Shown one piece after another: positions 44,601 through 57,905 of a DNA stretch of 64,000 bases. Below the pieces are notes generated by a model. It ran no database searches, was not told the DNA's origin, and saw only the letters and a program-made list of their open reading frames with translations. Positions within the stretch are counted from its first letter, which is position 1, and the number at the start of each line of letters is the position of its first letter. Source of the stretch: the human T2T-CHM13v2.0 reference genome, Homo sapiens; assembly GCF_009914755.1 (NCBI RefSeq), contig NC_060933.1. The stretch is one strand, 5' to 3'. The position numbers were made by a program, and so were the translations under genes.

Positions 44601-47550
44601 AATGGAATGGAATGGAACGGAACGGAATGGAATGGAATGGAATGGAACGGAACGGAATGGAATGGATGGAATGGAATGGAATCAACGCGAGTGCAGGGGA
44701 ATGGAATGGAATGGAATGCAATGGAATGGAAACTTCCGGAATGGAATGGAATGGAATGGAATGGAATGAAATGCAATGGATTCAACTCGATTGCAATGGA
44801 ATGGAATAGAATGGAATGAAATGGAATGGAATGCAATTAATCCGAATAGAATGGAATGGAATGGAATGGAACGGAATGGAACATAATGGAATGGAATGGA
44901 ATGGAATGGTACGGAATAGAATGGAATGGAACGAATTGTAATGGAATGGAATTGAATGGAATGGAATGGAATGGAATGGAATCAACGCGAGTGCAGGGGA
45001 ATGTAATGGAACGGAATGCAATGGAATGGAATCATCCGGAATGGAATGGAATGGAATGGAATGGAATGGAATGGAATGGAATGGAATCAACCCGAGTGCA
45101 ATGGAATGGAGTGGAATGGAATGGAATGGAATGGAACAACCCGAATGGAATGGAATGTAATGGAGAGTAAGGGAGTTGAATAGAATCAATCCGAATGTAA
45201 TGGAATGGAATGCAACGGAATGGAATGGAATGGAATGGAATGGAATGCAATGGAATGGAATCAACCCGAGTACAATGGAATGGAATGGAATGGAATGGAA
45301 TGGAATGGAATGGAATGGAATGGAATGATACGGAACAGAATGGAATGGAACGAAATGGAATTGAATGGAAAGGAATGGAACGGAATGGAATGGAATCGTT
45401 CCGAGTGGAATAGGAGGGAATGTATTCGAGTGGAATGGAAAGGAATGGAATCAACCAGAGTGGAATCGAAGGGAATAGAATGGAATGGAAACTAATAGAA
45501 TGGAATCAACCCGATTGGAATGGAATGGAAAGGACTGGAATGGAATGGAATGGAATGGAATGGAATGGAATGCCTTCAAACCGAATGGAATGGAAAGGAA
45601 TGGAATCAACACGAGTGGAATGGAATGGAATGGAATGGAATGGAATGCAATGGAATGGAATGATACGGAATATAATGGAATGGAACGAAATGGAATGGAA
45701 TGGAATGGAATGGAATGGAATCGTTCCGAGTGGAATAGGAGGGAATGTATTCGAGTGGAATGGAAAGGAATGGAATCAACCAGAGTGGAATGGAAGGGAA
45801 TGGAATGGAATGGAAACTAATAGAATGGAATCAACCCGATTGGAATGGAATGGAAAGGACTGGAATGGAATGGAATGGAATGGAATCAACTCGATTGTAA
45901 TGGAATGGAATGGAATGGAATGGAATGGAATGGAATGGAATTAACCCGAATACAATGGAATGGAATGGAAAGGAACGGAATGGAGTGGAATGGAATTGAA
46001 TCAACCCGAGTGCAGGGGAATGGAATGGAATGGAATGCAATGGAATGGAATCATCCGGAATGGAATGGAATGGAATGGAATGCAAAGCAATGGAATCAAC
46101 TCGATTGCAATGGAATGGAATGGAATGGAAAGGAATACATTGGAATCAACCCGAGTGGAATGGAATGGAAAGGACTGGAATGGAGTGGAATGGAATGGAA
46201 TGGAATGGAATGGAATGGAATGGAATGAACTCGATTGGAATGGAATGGAATGGAATGGAATGGAATGGAATGGAATGGAATTAACCCGAATAGAATGGAA
46301 TGGAATGGCATGGAATGCAACGGAACGGAATGGAATGGAATGGAATGGAATGGAATGGAATGGAATCAACCCGACTGCAGGGGAATGGAATGGAATGGAA
46401 TGCAATGGAATGGATTCAACTTGAATGTAATGGAAAGAATGGAATCAACACGAGTGGAATGGCATGGATTGGAATGGAATGGAATGGAATGAACCCGAGT
46501 ACAGGGGAATGGAATGGAATGGAATGCAATGGAATGGAATCATCCGTAATGGAATGGAAAGGAATGGAATGGAATGGAATGGAATGGAATGGAATGGAAT
46601 CAACTCGATTGCAATGGAATGGAATGGAATGGAATTAACCCGAATAGAATGGAATGGAATGGAATGGAACGGAAAGGAACGGAATGGAATGGAATGGAAT
46701 GGAATGGAATGGAACGGAAAGGAATGGAATGGAATGGAATGGAATGGAATGGAATGGAATGGAATGGAATGGAATCAACGCGAGTGCAGGGGAATGGAAT
46801 GGAATGGAATGCAATGGAATGGAATCTTCCGGAATGGAATGGAATGGAATGGAATGGAATGGAATGGAATGGAATCAACCCGAGTGCAATGGAATGGAGT
46901 GGAATGGAATGGAATGGAATGGAACAGCCCGAATCGAATGGAACGTAATGTAGAGTAAGGGAGTTGAATAGAATCAATCCGAATGTAATGGAATGGAATG
47001 GAAAGGAATGGAATTGAATGGAATGGAATGGAATGCAATGGAATGGAATCAACCCTAGTGCAATGGAATGGAGAGAAATGGAATGGAATGGAATGGAAAC
47101 TACCCTAATGGAATAGAATGTAATGGAGTGTAAGGGAATTGAATAGAATCAATCCGAATGTAATGGAATGGAAAGGAATGGAATGGAATGGAATGGAATG
47201 GAATGGAATGGAATGGAATCAACACGATTGCAATAGAATGGAATGGAATGGAATTAACCCGAATAGAGTGGAATGGAATGGAATGGAACGGAACGGAATG
47301 GAATGGAATGGAATGGAATGGAACGGAACGGAACGGAACGGAATGGAATGGAATGGAATGGAATGGAATGGAATGGAATCAACGCGAGTGCAGGGGAATG
47401 GAATGGAATGGAATGCAATGGAATGGAATCTTCCGGAATGGAATGGAATGGAATGGAATGGAATGAAATGCAATGGATGCAACTCGATTGCAATGGAATG
47501 GAATAGAATGGAATGGAATGGAATGGAATGGAATTAACCCGAATAGAATA
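41616..47550 (+). repeat. Tandem duplication unit, copy 2 (~5935 bp)
   Basis: The offset to copy 1 drifts 5955, 5960, 5940, 5935, 5930, 5935 through 5-bp-multiple indels. It ends at the shared AACCCGAATAGAATAGAAT motif (41601 vs 47536). ORFs 41204..41602 and 47139..47537 are identical. Confidence 0.93.
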
Positions 47551-50500
47551 GAATGGAATGGAACGGAATGGAACGGAATGGAATGGAATGGAATGGAATG
47601 GAATGGAATGGAATGGTATGGAATGGAATAGAATGGTACGGAATAGAATGGAATGGAACGAATTGTAATGGAATGGAATTGAATGGAATGGAATGGAATG
47701 GAATGGAATCAACGCGAGTGCAGGGGAATGTAATGGAACGGAATGCAATGGAATGGAATCATCCGGAATGGAATGGAATGGAATGGAATGGAATGGAATC
47801 AACCCGAGTGCAATGGAATGGAGTGGAAAGGAATGGAATGGAATGGAAGAACCCGAATGGAATGGAATGTAATGGACAGTAAGGGAGTTGAATAGAATCA
47901 ATCCGAATGTAATGGAATGGAATGCAACGGAATGGAATGGAATGGAATGGAATGGAATGCAAAGGAATGGAATCAACCCGAGTGGAATGGCATGGAATGG
48001 AATGCAATGGAATGGAATGGAATGGAATCAACTCGAGTGGAAAGGAATGGAATGGAATGGAAAGGAATGGAATGAAGTCAACTCGAGTGGAATGGAATGG
48101 AATGGAATGGATTGGAATGGATTGCAATGGAATGAAATGGAATGGAATGGAATGGAATCAATCATTCCGAGTGGAATGGAAGGGAATGTAATGGAGTGGA
48201 AAGAAGGGAATGGAATCAACCCGAGTGGAATGCAAGGCAATGGAATGGAATGGAAAGGAATGGAATGGAATCAACACGATTGCAATGGAATGGAATGGAA
48301 TGGAATGGAATGGAAGGGAATTAACCGGAATAGAATGGAATGGAATGGAATGGAACGGAATGGAATGGAATGGAAGGGAATGGAATCAACACGAGTGCAG
48401 GGGAATGGAATGGAATGGAATGGAATGGAATGGAATCAACTCCATTGCAATGGAATGGAATGGAATGGAATGGAATAGAATGGAATGCAACGGAACCGAA
48501 TGGAGTGGAATGGAATGGAATGGAATCAACCCGAGTACAGGGGAATGGAATGGAATGGAATGCAATGGAATGGAGTCATCCGTAATGGAATGGAAAGGAA
48601 TGGAATGGAATGGAATGGAATGGAATGGAATGGAATGGAATCAACTCGATGGCAATCGAATGGAATGAAAGGGAATTAACCCGAATAGAATGGAATGGAA
48701 TGGAATGGAACGGAACGGAATGGAATGGAATGGAATGGAATGGAATGGAACGGAACGGAATGGAATGGAATGGAATGGAATGCAATCAACGCGAGTGCAG
48801 GGGAATGGAATGCATTGGAATGCAATCGAATGGAATCTTCCGTAATGGAATGCAATGGAATGGAATGGAATGAAAGGCAATGGATTCAACTCGATTGCAA
48901 TGGAATGGAATAGAATGGAATGGAATGGAATGGAATGGAATGGAATTGAATGGAATGGAATACCTTCAAACCGAATGGAATGGAAAGGAATGGAATCAAC
49001 ACGAGTGGAAAGGAATGGAATGGAAAGGAATGGAATGGAATGGAATGGTACGGAATAGAATGGAATGGAACGAAGTGGAATGGAATGGAATGGAATGGAA
49101 TGGAATGGAATGGAATCGTTCCGAGTGGAATAGGATGGAATGTATTCGAGTGGAATGGAAAGGAATGGAATCAACCAGAGTGGAATGGAAGGGAATGGAA
49201 TGGAATGGAAACTAATAGAATGGAATCAACCCGAGTGGAATGGAATGGAAAGGACTGGAATGGAATGGAATGGAATGGAATGGAATGGAATCAACTCGAT
49301 TGTAATGGAATGGAATGGAATGGAATGGAATGGAATGGAATGGAATGGAATTAACCCGAATACAATGGAATGGAATGGAATGGAACGGAATGGAGTGGAA
49401 TGGAATGGAATCAACCCGAGTGCAGGGGAATGGAATGGAATGGAATGCAATGGAATGGAATCATCCAGAATGGAATGGAATGGAATGGAATGCAAAGCAA
49501 TGGAATCAACTCGATTGCAATGGAATGGAATGGAATGGAAAGGAATAGAATGGAATCAACCCGAGTGTTATGGAATGGAAAGGACTGGAATGGAGTGGAA
49601 TGGAATGGAATGGAATGGAATGGAATCAACTCGATTGTAATGGAATGGAATGGAATGGAATGGAATGGAATTAACCGGAATAGAATGGAATGGAATGGAA
49701 TGGAACGGAACGGAATGGAATGGAATGGAATGGAATGGAATGGAATGGAATCAACCCGACTGCAGGGGAATGGAATGGAATGGAATGGAATGGAATGGAA
49801 TCATTCGGAACGGAATGGAATGGAATGGAATGGAATCAAATCGATTGCAATGGAATGGAATGGAATGGAATGGAATCGAATGGAATGGAGTGGAATTAAC
49901 CGGAATAGAATGGAATGGAATGGAATGGAACGGAATGGAATGGAATGGAATGGAATGGAATGGAATGGAATGCAATGGAATGGAATCAACCCGAGTGCAA
50001 TCGAATGGAATCGAATGGAATGGAATGCAATGGAATGGAATCAACTTGAATGGAATGGAAAGAATGGAATCAACACGAGTGGAATGGCATGGATTGGAAT
50101 GGAATGGAATGGAATCAACCCGAGTACAGGGGAATGCAATGGAATGGAATGCAATGGAATGGAATCATCCGTAATGGAATGGAAAGGAATGGAATGGAAT
50201 GGAATGGAATAGAATGGAATGGAATGGAATCAACTCGATTGCAATCGAATGGAATGGAATGGAATTAACCCGAATAGAATGGAATGGAATGGAATGGAAC
50301 GGAATGGAATGGAATGGAATGGAATGGAACGGAACGGAATGGAATGGAATGGAATGGAATGGAATCAACGCGAGTGCAGGGGAATGTAATGGAATTGAAT
50401 GGAATGGAATGGAATGGAATGGAATCAACGCGAGTGCAGGGGAATGTAATGGAACGGAATGCAATGGAATGGAATCATCCGGAATGGAATGGAATGGAAT

Positions 50501-53500
50501 GGAATGGAATGGAATGGAATGGAATCAACCCGAGTGCAATGGAATGGATTGGAATGGAATGGAATGGAATGGAACAACCCGAATGGAATGGAATGTAATG
50601 GAGAGTAAGGAAGTTGAATAGAATCAATCCGAATGTAATGGAATGGAATGGAATGGAATGGAATGGAATGGAATGGAATGCAATGGAATGGAATCAACCC
50701 GAGTACAATGGAATGGAATGGAATGGAATGGAATGGAATGGAATGGAATGGAATGGAATGGAATGATACGGAATAGAATGGAATGGAACGAAATGGAATG
50801 GAATGGAAAGGAATGGAATGGAATGGAATGGAATCGTTCCGAGTGGAATAGGAGGGAATGTATTCGAGTGGAATGGAAAGGAATGGAATCAACCAGAGTG
50901 GAATGGAAGGGAATGGAATGGAATGGAAACTAATAGAATGGAATCAACCCGAGTGGAATGGAATGGAAAGGACTGGAATGGAATGGAATTGAATGGAATC
51001 AACTCGTTTGTAATGGAATGGAATGGAATGGAATGGAATGGAATGGAATGGAATTAACCCGAATACAATGGAAGGGAATGGAATGGAATGGAAACTAATA
51101 GAATGGAATCAACCCGAGTGGAATGGAATGGAAAGGACTGGAATGGAATGGAATGGAATGGAATCAACTCGATTGTAATGGAATGGAATGGATTGGAATG
51201 GAATGGAATGGAATGGAATGGAATTAACCCGAATACAATGGAATGGAATGGAATGGAATGGAATGGAATGGAGTGGAATGGAATGGAATCAACCCGAGTG
51301 CAGGGGAATGGAATGGAATGGAATGCAATGGAATGGAATCATCCGGAATGGAATGGAATGGAATGGAATGCAAAGCAATGGAATCAACTCGATTGCAATG
51401 GAATGGAATGGAATGGAAAGGAATACATTGGAATCAACCCGAGTGGAATGGAATGGAAAGGACTGGAATGGAGTGGAATGGAATGGAATGCAATGGAATG
51501 GAATGGAATGTAATCAACTTGATTGGAATGGAATGGAATGGAATGGAATGGAATGGAATCAACCCGACTGCAGGGGAATGGAATGGAATGGAATGCAATG
51601 GAATGGATTCAACTTGAATGGAATGGAAAGAATGGAATCAACACGAGTGGAATGGCATGGATTGGAATGGAATGGAATGGAATCAACCCGAGTACAGGGG
51701 AATGGAATGGAATGGAATGCAATGGAATGGAATCATCCGTAATGGAATGGAAAGGAATGGAATGGAATGGAATGGAATGGAATGGAATGGAATCAACTCG
51801 ATTGCAATCGAATGGAATGGAATGGAATTAACCCGAATAGAATGGAGTGGAATGGAATGGAACGGAACGGAATGGAATGGAATGGAATGGAATGGAATGG
51901 AATGGAACGGAACGGAATGGAATGGAATGGAATGGAATGGAATCAACGCGAGTGCAGGGGAATGGAATGGAATGGAATGCAATGGAATGGAATCTTCCAG
52001 AATGGAATGGAATTGAATGGAATGGAATGGAATGGTATGGAATAAACCCGAGTGCAATGGAATGGAGTGGAATGGAATGGAATGGAATGGAACAACCCGA
52101 ATGGAATGGAATGTAATGGAGACTAACGGAGTTGAATAGAATCAATCCGAATGTAATGGAATGGAATGGAACGGAATGGAATTGAATGGATTGGAATGGA
52201 ATGGAATGCAATGGAATGGAAACTTCCGGAATGGAATGGAATGGAATGGAATGGAATGAAATGCAATGGATTCAACTCGATTGCAATGGAATGGAATAGA
52301 ATGGAATGGAATGGAATGGAATGGAATTAATCCGAATAGAATGGAATGGAATGGAATGGAACGGAATGGAACGGAAAGGAATGGAATGGAACGGAATGGA
52401 ATGGAATGGCATGGAATGGTATGGAATGGAATGGAATGGTACGGAATAGAATGGAATGGAACGAATTGTAATGGAATGGAATTGAATGGAATGGAATGGA
52501 ATGGAATGGAATGGAATCAACGTGAGTGCAGGGGAATGTAATGGAACGGTATGCAATGGAATGGAATCATCCGGAATGGAATGGAATGCAATGGAATGGA
52601 ATGGAATCAACCCGAGTGCAATGGAATGGAGTGGAATGGAATGGAATGGAATGGAACAACCCGAATGGAATGGAATGTAATGGAGAGTAAGGGAGTTGAA
52701 TAGAATCAATCCGAACGTAATGGAATGGAATGCAACGGAATGGAATGGAATGGAATCGAATGGAATGCAATGGAATGGAATCAACCCGAGTACAATGGAA
52801 TGGAATGGAATGGAATGGAATGGAATGGAATGGAATGGAATGATACGGAATAGAATGGAATGGAACGAAATGGAATGGAATGGAAAGGAATGGAATGGAA
52901 TGGAATGGAATCGTTCCGAGTGGAATAGGAGGGAATGTATTCGAGTGGAATGGAAAGGAATGGAATCAACCAGAGTGGAATGGAAGGGAATGGAATGGAA
53001 TGGAAACTAATAGAATGTAATCAACCCGAGTGGAATGGAATGGAAAGGACTGGAATGGAATGGAATGGAATGGAATCAACTCGTTTGTAATGGAATGGAA
53101 TGGAATGGAATGGAATGGAATTAACCCGAATACAATGGAAGGGAATGGAATGGAATGGAAACTAATAGAATGGAATCAACCCGAGTGGAATGGAATGGAA
53201 AGGACTGGAATGGAATGGAATGGAATGGAATCAACTCGATTGTAATGGAATGGAATGGAATGGAATGGAATGGAATGGAATGGAATGGAATGGAATTAAC
53301 GTGAATACAATGGAATGGAATGGAATGGAATGGAATGGAGTGGAATGGAATGGAATCAACCCGAGTGCAGGGGAATGGAATGGAATGGAATGCAATGGAA
53401 TGGAATCATCCGGAATGGAATCGAATGGAATGGAATGCAAAGCAATGGAATCAACTCGATTGCAATGGAATGGAATGGAATGGAAAGGAATACATTGGAA

Positions 53501-56339
53501 TCAACCCGAGTGGAATGGAATGGAAAGGACTGGAATGGAGTGGAATGGAATGGAATGCAATGGAATGGAATGGAATGGAATCAACTTGATTGGAATGGAA
53601 TGGAATGGAATGGAATGGAATGGAATGGAATGGAATCAACCCGACTGCAGGGGAATGGAATGGAATGGAATGCAATGGAATGGATTCAACTTGAATGGAA
53701 TGGAAAGAATGGAATCAACACGAGTGGAATGGCATGGATTGGAATGGAATGGAATGGAATGAACCCGAGTACAGGGGAATGGAATGGAATGGAATGCAAT
53801 GGAATGGAATCATCCGTAATGGAATGGAAAGGAATGGAATGGAATGGAATGGAATGGAATCAACTCGATTGCAATCGAATGGAATGGAATGGAATTAACC
53901 CGAATAGAATGGAATGGAATGGAATGGAACGGAACGGAACGGAATGGAACGGAATGGAATGGAATGGAATGGAATGGAATGGTATGGAAAGGAATGGAAT
54001 GGTACGGAATAGAATGGAATTTAACGAATTGTAATGGAATGGAATTGAATGGAATGGAATGGAATGGAATGGAATGGAATGGAATCAACGTGAGTGCAGG
54101 GGAATGTAATGGAACGGAATGCAATCGAATGGAATCATCCGGAATGGAATGGAATGGAATGGAATGGAATGGAATGGAATGGAATGGAATCAACACGAGT
54201 GCAATGGAATGGAGTGGAATGGAATGGAATGGAATGGAACAACCCGAATGGAATGGAATGTAATGGAGAGTAAGGGAGTTGAATAGAATCAATTCGAATG
54301 TAATGGAATGGAATGCAACGGAATGGAATGGAATGGAATGGAATGGAATGGAATGGAATGGAATGGAATGGAATGATACGGAATAGAATGGAATGGAACG
54401 AAATGGAATGGAATGGAATGGAATGGAATGGAATGGAATGGAATGGAATCGTTCCGAGTGGAATAGGAGGGAATGTATTCGAGTGGAATGGAAAGGAATG
54501 GAATCAACAAGAGTGGAATGGAAGGGAATGGAATGGAATTAACCCGAATACAATGGAAGGGAATGGAATGGAATGGAAACTAATAGAATGGAATCAACCC
54601 GAGAGGAATGGAATGGAAAGGACTGGAATGGAATGGAATGGAATGGAATCAACTCGATTGTAATGGAATGGAATGGAATGGAATGGAATGGAATGGAATG
54701 GAATGGAATGGAATGGAATGGAATTAACCCGAATACAATGGAATGGAATGGAATGGAATGGAATGGAGGGGATTGGAATGGAATCAACCCGAGTGCAGGG
54801 GAATGGAATGGAATGGAATGCAATGGAATGGAATCATCCGGAATGGAATGGAATGCAAAGCAATGGAATCAACTCGATTGCAGTGGAATGGAATGGAATG
54901 GAAAGGAATACATTGGAATCAACCAGAGTGGAATGGAATGGAAAGGACTGGAATGGAGTGCAATGGAATGGAATGCAATGGAATGGAATGGAATGGAATC
55001 AACTTGATTGGAATGGAATGGAATGGAATGGAATGGAGTGGAATCAACCCGACTGCAGGGGAATGGAATGGAATGGAATGCAATGGAATGGATTCAACTT
55101 GAATGGAATGGAAAGAATGGAATCAACACGAGTGGAATGGCATGGATTGGAATGGAATGGAATGGAATGAACCCGAGTACAGGGGAATGGAATGGAATGG
55201 AATGCAATGGAATGGAATCATCCGTAATGGAATGGAAAGGAATGGAATGGAATGGAATGGAATGGAATGGAATGGAATGGAATCAACTCGATTGCAATCG
55301 AATGGAATGGAATGGAATTAACCCAAATAGAATGGAATGGAATGGAATGGAACGGAACGGAATGGAATGGAATGGAATGGAACGGAATGGAACGGAACGG
55401 AACGGAATGGAATGGAATGGAATGGAATGGAATGGAATCAACGCGAGTGCAGGGGAATGGAATGGAATGGAATGCAATGGAATGGAATCTTCCGGAATGG
55501 AATGGAATGGAATGGAATCAACCCGAGTGAAATGGAATGGAGTGGAATGGAATGGAATGGAATGGAACAACCCGAATGGAATGGAATGTAATGGAGAGTA
55601 AGGGAGTTGAATAGAATCAATCCGAATGTAATGGAATGGAATGGAAAGGAATGGAATTGAATGGAATGGAATGGAATGCAATGGAATGGAATCAACCCGA
55701 GTTCAATGAAATGGAGAGGAATGGAATGGAATGGAATGGAAACTACCCGAATGGAATGGAATGGAATGGAGTGTAAGGGAATTGAATAGAATCAATCCGA
55801 ATGTAATGGAATGGAATGGAACGGAATGGAATGGAATGGAATGGAATGCAATGGAATGGAATGGAATGCAATGGAATGGAATCAACCCGAGTGCAATCGA
55901 ATGGAATCGAATGGAATGGAATGCAATGGAATGGATTCAACTTGAATGGAATGGAAAGAATGGAATCAACACGAGTGGAATGACATGGATTGGAATGGAA
56001 TGGAATGGAATCAACCCGAGTACAGGGGAATGGAATGGAATGGAATGCAATGAAATGGAATCATCCGTAATGCAATGGAAAGGAATGGAATGGAATGGAA
56101 TGGAATGGAATCAACTCGATTGCAATCGAATGGAAAGGAATGGAATTAACCCGAACAGAATGGAATGGAATGGAATGGAATGGAACGGAAAGGAAGGGAA
56201 TGGAATGGAATAGAATGGAATGGAATGGAATCAACGCGAGTGCAGGGGAATGGAATGGAATGGAATGCAATGGAATGGAATCTTCCAGAATGGAATGGAA
56301 TGGAATGGAATGGAATGGAATGGAATGGAATCAATCCGA

Positions 56340-57905
56340 GTGCAATGGAATGGAGTGGAATGGAATGGAATGGAATGGAACAACCCGAATGGAATGGAAT
56401 GTAATGGAGAGTAAGGGAGTTGAATAGAATCAATCCGAATGTAATGGAATGGAATGGAACGGAATGGAATTGAATGGAATGGAATGGAATGCAATGGAAT
56501 GCAATCAACCCGAGTGCAATGGAATGGAGAGGAATGGAATGGAATGGAATGGAAACTACCCGAATGGAATGGAATGTAATGGAGTGTAAGGGAATTGAAT
56601 AGAATCAATCCGAATGTAATGGAAAGGAATGGAACGGAATGGAATGGAATGGAATGGAATGGAATGGAATGGAATGGAATCAACCAGAGTGCAATCGAAT
56701 GGAATCGAATGGAATGGAATGCAATGGAATGGAATCAACTTGAATGGAATGGAAAGAATGGAATCAACACGAGTGGAATGGCATGGATTGGAATGGAATG
56801 GAATGGAATCAACCCGAGTACAGGGGAATGGAATGGAATGGAATGCAATGGAATGGAATCATCCGTAATGGAATGGAAAGGAATGGAATGGAATGGAATG
56901 GAATGGAATGGAATGGAATCAACTCGATTGCAATCGAATGGAATGGAATGGAATTAACCCGAATAGAATGGAATGGAATGGAATGGAACGGAACGGAATG
57001 GAATGGAATGGAATGGAACGGAACGGAATGGAATGGATGGAATGGAATGGAATCAACGCGAGTGCAGGGGAATGGAATGGAATGGAATGCAATGGAATGG
57101 AAACTTCCGGAATGGAATGGAATGGAATGGAATGGAATGAAATGCAATGGATTCAACTCGATTGCAATGGAATGGAATAGAATGGAATGAAATGGAATGG
57201 AATGCAATTAATCCGAATAGAATGGAATGGAATGGAATGGAACGGAATGGAACATAATGGAATGGAATGGAATGGAATGGTACGGAATAGAATGGAATGG
57301 AACGAATTGTAATGGAATGGAATTGAATGGAATGGAATGGAATGGAATGGAATCAACGCGAGTGCAGGGGAATGTAATGGAACGGAATGCAATGGAATGG
57401 AATCATCCGGAATGGAATAGAATGGAATGGAATGGAATGGAATGGAATGGAATGGAATCAACCCGAGTGCAATGGAATGGAGTGGAATGGAATGGAATGG
57501 AATGGAACAACCCGAATGGAATGGAATGTAATGGAGAGTAAGGGAGTTGAATAGAATCAATCCGAATGTAATGGAATGGAATGCAACGGAATGGAATGGA
57601 ATGGAATGGAATGGAATGCAATGGAATGGAATCAACCCGAGTACAATGGAATGGAATGGAATGGAATGGAATGGAATGGAATGGAATGGAATGATACGGA
57701 ACAGAATGGAATGGAACGAAATGGAATTGAATGGAAAGGAATGGAACGGAATGGAATGGAATCGTTCCGAGTGGAATAGGAGGGAATGTATTCGAGTGGA
57801 ATGGAAAGGAATGGAATCAACCAGAGTGGAATCGAAGGGAATAGAATGGAATGGAAACTAATAGAATGGAATCAACCCGATTGGAATGGAATGGAAAGGA
57901 CTGGA
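56340..57905 (+). repeat. Partial third copy of the duplicated unit (matches ~38010-39580 and ~43965-45540)
   Basis: Shares private variants GCAATCAACC, CAACCAGAGTGCAATCG, the 1-nt deletion AATGGATGG (~57032), GGAACATAAT and GGAATCGAAGGGAATAG. ORF 56744..57190 is identical to 44373..44819, and 57547..57861 to 39221..39535. Confidence 0.88.
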
